Below are positions 26,580 to 39,464 of a stretch of DNA of 64,000 bases, piece by piece (within the stretch, counting starts at the first letter, position 1; each line of letters opens with the position of its first letter). This stretch comes from Octopus sinensis (Eukaryota): positions 90,520,001-90,584,000 of the forward strand of contig NC_042997.1 in the NCBI RefSeq assembly GCF_006345805.1, in the 5' to 3' direction. The position numbers were made by a program, and so were the translations under genes. The notes under the pieces are model-generated. The model did no database searches. It worked only from the letters and a program-made list of their open reading frames with translations, and was not told the DNA's origin.

Positions 26580-26822
26580 AGACTTGAAAGGGAACGTAAG
26601 ATCATAACCTTGTAAAGTAAAGTAAATATAACAAATAATCTAGAATCCTTGTCCGGTACCAGATCGATTCCAAAATTTAATCAGTTCGTGCTAGTGACGA
26701 GGCCAAATATCCCTGAAAGTTTCATCCGAATCCATCCAGCAGTTCTTGAGATATCTTATCCACAGACAAACAAAAACACAATATTGAAAACAATAACCCC
26801 ACTTTCGCTAAGGCACAGGTAA
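26580..26822 (+). mobile_element. Possible non-autonomous Helitron/Helentron-like repeat; partial second copy near 26070-26110
   Basis: AATAATCTA(A/G)AATCCTT(A/G)TCCGGTACC occurs twice; 3' part ends ..GAAAACAATAACCCCACTTTCGCTAAGGCACAGG, a decayed terminal hairpin. Family assigned from recall only. Confidence 0.35.
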
Positions 26823-26840
26823 TAATAGTAATAATTATTA

Positions 26841-27150
26841 GGGATGCATATCACACAAGTGCAACGAAACTCTGCAGAATGCGTAGGAAGAGGGTGGAAA
26901 GTGTGACTTACATTGTTAGTGCCTGTGAAAGTCTTGCACAGAAAGAGTATAAGCGCACACACAAGGTAAACCATGGATACGTGGTAACAGGTACTCGGTA
27001 CTAACATACACTGGAAAAGGTAATGGACGAAAAGTGGAAGGCAAAAATACTCTGGGACTTTCCGTACATGACGTAGTAGAAAGTTTATGTTGCGCGGCAC
27101 AACACCATTGGTGAAGACTTAATGTAGGAACTCACTAAATTTATAACAAG
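26841..27150 (+). pseudogene. C-terminal (zinc knuckle/RLE-adjacent) fragment of an R4/Dong-type LINE
   Basis: KLCRMRRKRVESVTYIVSACESLAQKEYKRTHKV (from 26867) and KVMDEKWKAKILWDF match the CxxC..HI..C..LA.KEY.RRHD and KILWDF motifs of RLE LINEs; starts right after an AAT-rich run. Confidence 0.75.
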
Positions 27151-27154
27151 TGAA

Positions 27155-27778
27155 GGCGGCGAGCTAGCAGAATTGTTAGCACACCGGGCGAAATGCTTAG
27201 CGGTATTTCGTCTTCCGCTGCGTTGTGAGTTCAAATTCCGCCGAGGTCGACTTTGCTTTTCATCCTTTCGGGGTCGATAAATTTAAGTACCAGCTACGCA
27301 CTGGGGTCGATATAATCGACTTAATCCGTTTGTCTGTCTTTGCTTGTCCTATCTGTGTTTAGCCCCTTGTGGATAGTAAAAAAATAGGTATTTCGTCTGC
27401 TGCTACGTTCTGAGTTCAAATTCCGCCGAGGTCGACTTTGCCTTTCATCCTTTCGGGGTCGATAAATTAAGTACCAGTTACACACTGGGATCGATGTAAT
27501 CGACTTAATCCGTTTGTCCTTGTTTGTCCCCTCTATGTTTAGCCCCTTGTGGGCAATAAAGAAATAAGAATCGTTAGTACACCGAAGAAAACGATAAACG
27601 GTATTTTTTTGGTGGTGGGGAGGTCTCTTTATGTTCCGAGTTCAAATATCACCGAGTTCGACTTCACATTTTGCATTTTCGGAGTCGATAAAATAAATAC
27701 CAATTGAGCACTGAGGACGATACATTAGACCAGGCCTCTGTCCTCATAACTTCAGACCTTGTGCTTATTGTAGAAAGA
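27155..27778 (+). mobile_element. Tandem trimer of tRNA-derived SINE family A
   Basis: Three head-to-tail units, each with GAGTTCAAAT B-box and GTCGACTT(T)GC..TTTCATCCTTTCGGGGTCGATAAA core (third unit degenerate). Confidence 0.85.
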
Positions 27779-28262
27779 AAGAAAAAAAAAATAGATCAAC
27801 CGCAAATACATTGATCATTCACAATCTATATGATGCTAGATAAGCTCATAATCTCTTAAAGTGAATTATGAAACATGCCCAAATGTGGGATCCACGTGTG
27901 TTTCAAATTTAATTGTAAACGAATGTTAATGATTAATGTTGTGAGTTGTTCTCATTGAAGTGTGATGTTGGTAATAGTGTAAACAATGAGGGATTATTAA
28001 GGATTAACATGAAAGGACGGAGTTTCGTTCACACCTGTTTGAATTGTATATGAAACATGTCGCACAATGTACTTGCTGACAGGATATTCCTGTTATAATT
28101 CCATGAAAGTTGCAACAGTCGTAAATAGCACAGTCCTAAATAGCACTCTAATCTAGCACATTTTAGAACCGTACACACATATGAATAAATCTATAGGAGC
28201 GTGTTGCGTGCCTGTGTGTGCATGTATGTGTGAGAGCATGCGTGTGTGTGTCTCTCTCTCCC

Positions 28263-28374
<112 letters not shown>

Positions 28375-28377
28375 ATG

Positions 28378-28409
<32 letters not shown>

Positions 28410-29015
28410 ATATGTATACAGACAATATATATGTATATATATATGTATACAGACAAACACGCACGCGCACATATACACACACACAAGCACACACACACAC
28501 AAACATATATATTTTTGAGTACTTTTGAGTATATACCAAACTTCTATCACAATAGAGAGAGGAAAAGAAATTACATAGAAATAGTTTAATATTTATACAT
28601 ATTATATACTTAAATATTAACTTCTTAGATGGTATCTATGGAGATTGATCAATTGGCAATTACTGGTATTTAATAAAGGAGCACTGAGGCGAAAAAACAT
28701 GCTAACTATATATGAATTAAATTATAATCTAAGCAGTTTATTTTAAGTTGTGAAGATACCAGTATTGTTTTATATAAGCTAAGTATGAATTTATAGGTGT
28801 ACAAAAATTAGGTTTATTTCATAAAGGCAATTATAAAGTATTATCGGGTAGGGTAGAACACCATAGAAAAGGAATAAAATAGCTTAATCACAAAAAACTA
28901 TGATGAAGTATATATACCTTAGTAACATCAATAGAGAAGACGTATAGAAAATGTATAATTCAAGTATTTAAACTAAAAATTGTGTATTTACTTATCTAGC
29001 TTGTATCTATAAAGA

Positions 29016-29093
<78 letters not shown>

Positions 29094-29098
<5 letters not shown>

Positions 29099-29397
29099 GG
29101 TGCGGTGAATAAATTGTCGTCTAAATTAAGCAAAAATGAAAATAACACTGACATCTTGTTTTAACAGATATATTTACCAAAATTACATAAAGATATCTTG
29201 AAATACTAAAGAGTAAATTTATTCAATAAAATCTCCATTGGCTTCAACCATTACCTCCAGATGACTTCGGAATCTTTTGCAACTCTTCTGAACGGTCTCC
29301 TTGTTTAAGTCGTGAATGCTGCTATAATCCTTGCCTTCCGTTCATCTTTGATATTGCAAGCAGTTTTGTTGGTCTTTCGCTCAATTGCGTCACACAG
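29094..29397 (-). mobile_element. 3' end of a Tc1/mariner-superfamily transposon
   Basis: Minus strand DAIERKTNKTACNIKDERKARIIAAFT..NKETVQKSCKRFRSHLEVMVEANGDFIE*, followed by a terminus ending ...CACCCTCTG next to (CA)n. Confidence 0.75.
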
Positions 29398-29411
29398 CTT
29401 TTAAGCTAGCA

Positions 29412-30440
29412 TTTATATATAAAGCAGGGGTTGTGTGTCTGTGTGTGGTGCGTATATTCCTTATGGATTTGAAAACTGAATTGCCGATTTTGACATATGA
29501 GGTATCGAAAGATTCAGTAATCCTTCGGATACCAAATGAAAAATGTTTTTTGCTCAACTCTTTTTACTACAAAAATGAAGCTCGACAACGAGGTCGAGTG
29601 GCACAATTTTGTGGTCATTTTTGGGCAATATTTGGATTTATCCCTAATCTACAATGCCATTTTGGTGTCAAAAATGTAGCAGTATAGAAGGAGTGTTATG
29701 AGTGCATTTGTAATGCACAAAACACCATTTGTCAAAAAAAAAACATGCTTTTTTTTAACAATTATTGGCACATTTTCCGTCAATAATGGCCTTTGTGCCA
29801 CAACTAAACTTCCAATGTGAACTTCTTCAGTATGCCATGATTAAACAATTTCTTTGAAGTATTGTGATACCATTTCTTTGCACAAAGCCCTATTTGTAAC
29901 AAAAAATTGACTAATGAACCGTGTTTCTGGCATAATTGTGATCGCTTCTAGCATCACCACCAAAAACAATTTGTCCATGTAGATTTCCTCGGTAGCAAAC
30001 GACTCAGGAATGCCAAACGAGCGGTCTCATGTTAAAATTTCCCCAAGGATTAAGCACAGTAAGAACCTATAATTCGTGCAAGTGTGGTAAAGACGTGAAG
30101 CAATGACTAAAACTTTTCAAGCTTTTTTGCCTTTAACATTTTCCCCTTTATTCAATCTAATTTATGCAAAATTACTAATCGTTATTAGTATATACTCATG
30201 CCTATTATTCATTTCATAAGCCGCAAAGTACGTAAGGATTTTGCTACAGTCTCCCTATTTTTCAGAGTGGTTGAGCGGGTGGTGTAATGGAAAATAAATG
30301 TCTAACCTGATAACTTCAGTAAAGACAACAACAACATCACGCATCTATGCGAGGGCAATTTAAGGCCACATACACACATGAGTCCCTCCACGGTGCGTGT
30401 CCCTTCATTGGTCGGGATGCACACCGTGTTCACTAATTAG
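29412..30440 (+). mobile_element. Possible Helitron-type 5' segment or non-autonomous element
   Basis: Starts A|TTTATATATAAAGCAGGGGTTGTGTGTCTGTG, resembling the TCTATATATAAA..GTTGTGTG..TGTCTGT 5' end of the copy at 13457; weak CGG..CCG hairpin near 30413-30426. Confidence 0.4.
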
Positions 30441-31239
30441 TACAATTTCAAATCAATTTTTCCTTCTCATAGACATTTACTGCAATACCAGTTGGTTGTG
30501 GTATTATAGTTATCAACGACCCGGGTAATAACGAAGTGCTTGAGTGTGATGCGTGCGTTCCGCTTCAACTCAAAAATTGGGTATATGTACATAATATAAT
30601 GATTTAAGTGCGGGATTGTGTCCAGTTTATTTTTTTCGCCCACGTTATTAAAAAAAGTCATATTACTTTGAAGAAATATAAATGAATATTAATTTTTTTT
30701 TAAATATGAAGTTTATTTGTATATTAAACATAAATTACAATGCTTAATATTACAAGATTCGCTTCTGTTTTAAATGTCAACTTCCGTTTGAATTTCGTAT
30801 GTAAACAAATAGTTTTTTCTTCGCGTTCGTAAAAAAATGTAATAAAGTGAAAAAAAAAAATTTTTAACCGTATTACATAATGCAAAAAACAACAAACCCT
30901 ATTTATAGAATTAAGTTTTCAAATTGTGTTAGACTGCGGTCATACTGGGGTACCACCTTGAAATTATCTAATCAATAAAAATCATTTCCATTACTTAATC
31001 TTCAAGTCTGTTTCTTATTTTATCGATCTAAGTTACAGGACATAAACACAAATACAGATACGCAAATATAATGAATATATTATGTAATTATTAAACTATA
31101 AAGTTTATTTGTATAGTAGGCATAAATGATATTACTTAATATAAGATTCGCTTCTGTTTCAAATTTTTAAATGTCAATTTCCGTTATTATGACTTTCTAT
31201 ATAAATATAGATAGATAGAAAAAGATAGAGATACTGTGG

Positions 31240-33542
31240 AAAAGTCAACATGACACACCGAAAACATTTCTCTTCTAAATCTCAACGTTTGGCGCAGATG
31301 AACAACGGCAAAGAGAGAGGAGGGTAATTCAGTCCAACAATAATCGCTCTACAACATCTCAACAAATGCCTGCAAATGTAATTTACCACATCAACAACTT
31401 GCAGCAAATATAACAAACGTTCAGAGAAAAATGAACAGGTCAATTGAAGGCCTGACAAAGAATCTTACTGATGAACCTTTCTAGAAACAAAATGTTTTTC
31501 ATAAAATGCCACAACATAATACAGGAAGTCTCTTTTCATCTGTTTGTCCGTAGTGCAAAGCTTATCGTTGGACTCATGAACCCAAAACTCTCTACTGCTT
31601 CCAAGGAAAAGTGAAACTCGCTCAATTATCTCCTCCTCCACCAAATATACTGAAATATATCATTAAAGCAGGAAATTCTTAAACGTGCATATAATAATGT
31701 GCTTGCCTTAGCTTCATTTGGTTGCAAAGAGATTAGAGTACCAGGATTTAGTTTCACATTTAAGATCCAAAGCAAGGTTTATCATATTATGTGATCACTA
31801 CTTCCAAGTGATGCTTCGCCCAAGTTTGCGCAGCTCTTCTTCTTTGATACAAATAATGAGCTTCAGAATCGCTTGAAGCATGGACTTGCAAGAAGATTTG
31901 CACTATTACAACACATACAAAGCTTCAAAGCATTCATTGAATTGCCAGACCTCGAAAATGTGAATATTGTTCTAGATGCTGAAAAGAAGATAAAACCCAC
32001 TGATTCTAATTGTCGCACATACAATTTTCCCATGGCATCTGAGATTGCTGTTAATTCAACCTGATACAGCATTAGGTCTCTTGGGTGTCATTCTTTATAA
32101 AAGAGATGATGGTCTTCAGAGGATTCATCAGTTGCCACCGTCCTTATGATCCTCTGCATTATGTGTTAGTTTCCTTGGGGAAGAATGGGTTTTAGGTTGG
32201 TTTAAAAAGGGTTGACAACAACCACACACAACACACATCCATTGATTTTTACTGTTATCGGTTACAGGTTAGACAAGGCGACTGTAACATGAAGAGCAGG
32301 CGACTCAAGCAGCAATATGCTGTAGATGTCCAGTCAAAAATAGAACATTGTCGCCTTACTTGGGCCCAAAATAATCAAACCCTGCTGATACTAGCTGAAA
32401 AGTATAAAGGTTTTATGATGCTGTGGCTGAAGAATATTCAGCAAATGCAGGCCGAAAAATGGTTCTTCCACTTTCAATCTATGGTTCCTCTCGCTTCTAC
32501 AATGGGTGCTTTCAGAACTCAATGACTGTGGTTCAACACAAAGGAAAGCCATCTTATTTCATCACAGTAACAACCAGCTGTGTGTGTGGTTGTTTCATTG
32601 GGATGAAATAAAAAATAGTCTGCACTCCGGTGAAGAACCTAGGAACCATCCTGATATTTGTACAAGAGTCTTCAAGATCAAGTATGACAGCCTCATAGAT
32701 GATATACTAAAACAAAATGTCTTGGGAAAAGTAGTGGCTCATTCTGCCACAATAGAATGGCAATAACGCGGCTTCACTCATGCTCATATTCTGCTGATAA
32801 TGACTGAAGACAGCAAGCCCAAAACTGCAGATGCCATTGAACTGGTAGTTTATGGTGATATTCCCGATAAAGTGACTAATCCAATACTTCATAAGATCAT
32901 TACATCCTGCAACATTCATGACCCATGTGGACAAGCTATTATGATGTCTTCATGTATGGAAGGGCTAGGACAACAATGCCATTGCCCTAAAGGTTATCCT
33001 AAGGCATTCAGACAAGCCACATTTGTTGCCGAAAATTTATTTCCTGAATATAGAAGTGATAGACAGTATGGTGGTCATACCCATACAATCCAAATTAGAG
33101 GTCAAGAATTTACCGTTGATAATCGTTGGATTGTTCCATACAGCCCTTTCCTGTCATTGAGATATCAGTTCGACACCACTTGTAAGGTTGTCCACAGTGT
33201 CAAGGCTATTAAGTATTTATATATATACATCACGAAAGGACCAGACAAGATCATTTTCACTATTAAGGATGATGAAGGTAATTGTGTTCATGCCCAAAAT
33301 AAAATTGAAACTTATATTAATGCATGGTACATCTCAGCCAGTGGAGCATTCTGGAGAATTTATAAATTTCCGTTACATCTACACAAACCCCCAGTTGAGA
33401 ATCTGCTTTGCCATTTACCTGACGAACTAATGGTAGTGTATCAGCGAGGACAGGAAGAAAGTGTTGTTTCTAGGAGACAACCAGTGACTAAGCTGACTGA
33501 ATATTTCCAACTGAATATTAGGGATCCACTGGCAAAAAGAAA
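31240..33542 (+). pseudogene. Helitron Rep (HUH endonuclease) relic; helicase absent
   Basis: YNNVLALASFG, FKIQSKVYH, PKFAQL, RTYNFP, YDPLHY, QQYAVD, VLPLSIYGSSRF, KPSYFITVT, HPDICTRVF, IEWQ*RGFTHAHILL (HAH at 32779-32787), NIHDPCG, DNRWIVPYSP, KAIKYLYIYITKG, AFWRIYKF; multiple stops; cut by (TA)n at ~33545. Confidence 0.92.
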
Positions 33543-33568
33543 TTGTATGTATATATATATATATTATA

Positions 33569-33620
<52 letters not shown>

Positions 33621-34323
33621 CTATATATATATATATATAATATATATATATATATATAAAGCAGAATCTACTTATCTCGTTTTGAAGAACATTTTTATTC
33701 GCCAATGAAACGCAGTCTTGCATAAAAAGGATGAGGTGAAACTCAGGTTAATGTCGAAGGAAAATCTTGTTATTTTTATTATTATCTTTACTATGCATTT
33801 TCATTATTATTATTTATGCTTGTATATATGAATATAAATGTGTATGCTTGTATACATAAAATCGACATGTAGCACAATTCTATAAACGTACCTATGTGTG
33901 TATTTATATACATACATTACACATATATATACACATATATATATATAATATATGTATACTTACGTAGTATATATATATATATGTGTGTGTATGTGTGTGT
34001 GTGTGTGTATGCATGTATGTGTGTATGTAGGTATGTATGTATGTGTATGTATGTATACATATTTAAGTACACATACATACACACACACATTTATAATATC
34101 TGTATATATGTTATATTTATCTTACTAATTATTTGCTTCATTTCACAAATGATAATTATCATGAGCATAACTTAATTGTGTATATATGTATACAAATATA
34201 TGAACGAGTGTATGCGGATTAATATCTGTACGCACACACACACATGCATGTATATGTGTGCATTTATACATATATTTTATGCATATAATATATCTATATT
34301 TTTGTGTACAGAATGTATATTTA

Positions 34324-34354
<31 letters not shown>

Positions 34355-35205
34355 ATGTATGCGTGTATAGATCCCTATAGATATACGCACAATAAAATTA
34401 TGTTCAGATTGTTATTATTTGTGAAATTAAACAAGTAATTAGTGAGGTGAAAGTTGCGATGTGGGGATGTTGGGATCTCGGGGCATGGGTGTGTTTAGCG
34501 AAGAAAGGGAATGTGACACCAATTAAGACCACACCTGTACAGACGAGCAAAAGGATCAACATCTTTCTCTCGACATCACATCAACTGCCATCCTCACACT
34601 CGCGACGTCTATGACGACTACCACCACCACCATCACCACCACCAAAATAATCATCGTTACCAATCACCGCCATCATCACCCCTAACACACCTCACCATCA
34701 CCATTATCAACATCATTAACATCACCCCCGCTATTACCATCACCATCATCACGAACCCTACTACTAACACAGTTACCATCAGTAAGAACATAAAACAACA
34801 CCAACTTCAACACTACCACTACCATATTAAGAATACTACGAGCCAACAAAGGACTCACACAGTGGGCATCCTACCCACTAGAAATAACAACCGAAATCTC
34901 TGAAATGAAACACTGCTTCTAAATAATGAATGATTGATGACCGTAAATGGAATGTCTTTCACTATAAATATGCTCAACCAGGGCTGATCTGAAACTAATG
35001 AAACGCAATATCAAAACTAATACTGTATAACTTCTAGGTGAGACAACTTTTACCAGATTTCATGTCAGTTTTAGCACCGCATATTAACACATATATCTGC
35101 AAATACACTGACAAAATTATATTCAATTACACGCATTTAAAGTCATACACACATACATACATACATACATACATACATACATACATACATACATACATAC
35201 ATACA

Positions 35206-35236
<31 letters not shown>

Positions 35237-36779
35237 GAATACAAGTCTAAATATATAAGGCAAATAGCATCACGAAAGTTGGAGAATTCCTCTGAAATTA
35301 TTTCCTGGTTATTGACCAGAAATACATCTCCAAAGCAGTTAACAGCTTTTCCACGGTAGAACAGCCGATAAAAGGCTTTCTGCATTTTAGCAGTAAAACA
35401 TTCGTGGCTAAATCATCAGAAAACCCCAGAGTAATTCTAACATAAATACGCAAATTAGTCTATCTCATTCTAACAACTAGTATTTTATTTTTCCCTTAAA
35501 GGGTATATTTAACAATCTAGGAACAAAAAGAAGAAGAATATACCTGGCGTACAAAAGTTATAGGGACGCAATTAATCCGCCTTATTGTAAAAATCTATTC
35601 AATCTCTGTAGAATTAATATTGAAAGCGTGTCCCGCACCAAAAGCAGATGTTTGAAAACATCCCCACTATGAAGCCATCTGTAGTTGCCAAAACACGACA
35701 CAATACAACTCACTGAAAAGAAGGTTTTGTGCAGGGCAAACTCAATTATAACATGGAAGAATACAAGTGCAATCTTCAAGCCAAATCGTGGCACAAACAA
35801 CGAGACTCAAGGATCTGGGACAGAGAAAAAAATGTGCACTGCAATCAGTTGTGAAGCAATTGTTTAACATATTAAAATATTGCAATCCAAGAGCAGGAGA
35901 TTGCTGCAAAATACCTAATGGTCAAAGATAGCGAAGCCCTTGGAGCCTCAATTTGCAACCGAAAATTATACCACAAATCTGTGGAAGACATCACATAGAG
36001 AAAGATGTTCGAAAATGCCTTTAAGGTAATACTTCACAATGCGACATGATGTTGTCTTTAAAACAATATACAACGCCACCCGAAAAAAAAAAAAGAAGAA
36101 TGAATCCTCTAATTATTAAATATACGCATAGACATCAACACAAGAAATATTGATGGAACATTCTAATCGAAACTTTTACCAAATGCAAACACAACAGGCC
36201 GGATATTTGTTTGAGACAGACAAGGAAAGTCACCATAGAAGTCATCAGTCCTGCTGATATGAATATCACTTCGAAAATGTAAGATAAAGGAGATAAAGAC
36301 AAACAACTGTTTCAAAACATTCAGCTTTTATACCGAGATTATAAATTCACATTTATACCGATAGTAATTTGTGCACTTGGTTTTGTTAGTAAATTCTAAA
36401 GCTAGGGCCTTCGGGAAAAGAAATCAACCAGCTTATTCACAAAGCAATAAAAACATGCAAGACTTTTCTGAAGTTTAAAATGTCACTTTGTTTGGAGCTC
36501 TGTATCTTTGTTGGAAACTAGCTCCATCCTCAGAGAAAGAACTCAAATAATTAAAAATAGAACATAAATACATGGATATTCCGTCAGTCTCGACGAGGAA
36601 TCTTCATTTGTTCAATCAACTGAACTATTTACTTATTCAACTAGCGGTAAGTGGCTGATCATTCCACAGTTATATGTATTTCCAACATAATTCTAGCTAT
36701 GAGGTGGGAGGCTGCAGGCTGATGCATGTGTGCACACAGTTCTTTGTTAGAAAGTATCATCTGATAGTCTTGATGCTTC

Positions 36780-37090
36780 ACAGGACTCTTCTATTGAAAC
36801 TACCGATCCTCTTTGCCAGGGTCTGAGAGAGGGGCTACATTTTTGCTCCACAGATCATCCTACCAGGACTTTAGTCTCATTCGACGCAGCAGCTGCGAGC
36901 TGGACGCCATTAAGGGAGATCTCCAAGGGGTTCAAAGTCACCTTGGGGGATACAGAGGGGCTGACACGTGACCGCCAGTGATGGAGAGCACTTGTGGACC
37001 TGGTTTGTTCAGTGAATGATGACATCACTGCAACAACAACCCGGGATGACCCCAGCCCCATCAAGCAAGAGCATGAAGCAAGCAAGCACC
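36780..37090 (+). mobile_element. RTE-clade LINE 3' end relic
   Basis: LDAIKGDL (36900-36923) and RDRQ*WRALVDLV (36967-37005) match the RTE ORF C-terminus; followed by a CAAG-rich tail. Confidence 0.6.
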
Positions 37091-37354
37091 AAGCAAATAC
37101 TTCTAAGACAGCACCAATATGACCTTAGGGGATGCGGCTGGGCCTTTTGAATTATAGACAGAACTCATCCAAGCGGTGTCTGTTCATTCTCTGTCGACCT
37201 GGTTTCACTTACAAATTTGGTTAGATCCGATGCCATAATATTAAAAGATATTTATCCAAGAAGCGACTCAGTAGAATCGATCCCAGAACCATATGATTTC
37301 TAAGTGATCTTCTTCGCCTTTCTGTCATATTTCCGTTCACATACATACATATAT

Positions 37355-37706
37355 GGTAGTTGGCACTCCGTCGGTTACGACGACGAGGGTTCCAGTTGAT
37401 CCGATCAACGGAACAGCCTGCTCGTGAAATTTACGTGCAAGTGAAATAAATTAAGGCGGTGCTCCAGCATGGCAGCAGTTAAAGGACTGAAACAAGTAAA
37501 AGAGTAAAAGAGTAAGTGGCTGAGCACTCCACAGACACTTGTGCCCTTAACTTAGTTCTCGGGGAGATTCGGCGTGACACAGTGTGTGACAAGGCTGGCC
37601 CTTTGAAATACAGGTACAACAGAAATAGTGAGAGAAAGAGTGAGAGAAATTTGTGGTGAAAGAGTACAGCAGGGTTCGCCACCATCCCCTGACGGAGCCT
37701 CGGGGA
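37355..37706 (+). mobile_element. Structured short interspersed repeat (family D), interrupted by a SINE tail
   Basis: Homologous to the inverted copy at 60552-60701; hairpin GTTCC-A-GTTGAT-CCG-ATCAAC-GGAAC at 37389-37414. Confidence 0.7.
37444..37513 (+). mobile_element. 5'-truncated SINE family B tail inserted in family D, 5-bp TSD AAGTG
   Basis: Matches the 3' tail of 54585-54988 (AAGGCGGTGCTCCAGCATGG..GACTGAAACAAGTAAAAGAGTA). AAGTG at 37439-37443 and 37514-37518; the empty site GTGCAAGTGACTGAGC is present in the 60552-60701 copy. Confidence 0.8.
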
Positions 37707-38749
37707 CATACAAACATACATGCACATAATATACATACACAATACATACATACATACATACATACATACATACATACATACATACATACGCACATAGGTA
37801 CGTACTTACATAAGCAGAGAAATTTTCAAAAGAACATACATACATTTACAAGAGAATGACAGAGAAAGAAAAACAAAAGTAAATGACAAACAATAACATT
37901 CACAAAAAAAATTAAATAAGGGAAAAATGAAAAACTACAAAAAAATGAGTAACGTTAATGATAATGGTGGTGATAGTGTTTGCGTGGTAAATTTGATGAT
38001 GATGATGACGACGACGACGACGACGACGATGAGGATGATGATGATGATGATGATAATGATGATGACGGCGATGGCACTGGCGATGACGATGCTAGGGGGA
38101 CAAACACACTCACACAAACACACACGCATATATATATACAGATAGCGGGGTGGTGGTGGTGGTGGTGGTGGTGTGGTGGTGGTGGTGGTAGTTGTAGTAA
38201 TAGTAGTAGGGGTGACGGCGGTAGTGGTGGAGTTGCTTCAATGGTGGTGATGCTGATGGTGACCGTGGTGGTAGCGATGGTGATGAGAATGATGATGTTG
38301 GAGACGGTAGTGGTGATGATGATGGAAACGATTGTGGCGCTGGTGGTGCTGGTGGTGTTGGTGGTGGTAGTGGTGATGATGATAAAAATAAAAGACAAGA
38401 CTTCTGATAAGCTAAAAATTTATAATTTATATGAATCCCCTCCTACCTTCTCCAAAACCAAAACAAAAAGAAACACAAACAAAAAAAAAAAAAAGCAAAG
38501 AAGTGAAGTCGAAAGAATGACAAAGAAATTAAAATATAAAGATAAACAAACAATGACACAACATAAGCTAATAAATAATATAGCTGATTCGGAATTTCAA
38601 TCAGTAATAGTGAATGCATTGAAATTAAAGAATAAAAATAAAATCTAAAACAAAAGATTAATTAATTTTTTTAATTAAAAAAAATACTACCTATAGCAAG
38701 GATGGCATATGTGCACGTATGAATGATATATGAGACGTATGTATACATG

Positions 38750-38836
<87 letters not shown>

Positions 38837-38841
38837 ATATA

Positions 38842-38876
<35 letters not shown>

Positions 38877-39046
38877 GATATGATATATTATATATTATAT
38901 TATTTAATATTTATATATATATATATAATAATAATATGTATATAATACATAATAGATATGTATGTGTGTGTATATATATGATATATGATACATTATTTAA
39001 TATATATTATATATATGTAATATATATATAATATATAATATATATG

Positions 39047-39095
<49 letters not shown>

Positions 39096-39129
39096 GATAA
39101 TATATATATATATATATATACGTATGTAT

Positions 39130-39160
<31 letters not shown>

Positions 39161-39464
39161 ACATATATATAAAACTCAAAAGAATTGGGATTTCGAAATC
39201 CAGGATGATACTTCTTTATAAGCATTCTGTTGTAATCCGAACTTCGCTAACTGTATCGACCGGTAGGAAACACTAGAAACCATGTAGATCAAACAGTTAC
39301 TGTTGTACTTCCATTTGATTAGTAAATACAGAATTCGATTCGAAGAATCACGTGTAAAATTGCAGAATATATTTGAAAGAAACAATGAAGAGTAGAGAAT
39401 TACACATTTTTAGTTCATGTTCTTACATAAATTTCTGTATACACACACACACACACATATATCG

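Noticed and set aside
27155-27778. CRISPR-like or satellite array
   Set aside because: Units are ~200-bp SINE copies without repeat-spacer structure; eukaryotic context and no cas genes.
29880-29990. Minus-strand GQIVFGGDARSD as a transposase or helicase motif
   Set aside because: Single short motif with no supporting flanking motifs.
32800-33708. 302-aa ORF as a host gene
   Set aside because: Internal part of Helitron Rep running into (TA)n; HUH motif separated from it by a stop.
35240-36400. Unique-looking block as coding exons or LINE relic
   Set aside because: Stops in all frames at short intervals and no recognisable motif; left unassigned.
37520-37620. Twister or HDV-like ribozyme in family D
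   Set aside because: Partial resemblance (UAA, small hairpin, AAG loop), but P2/T1 pairings and HDV P3-L3-P1.1 geometry could not be formed by hand.
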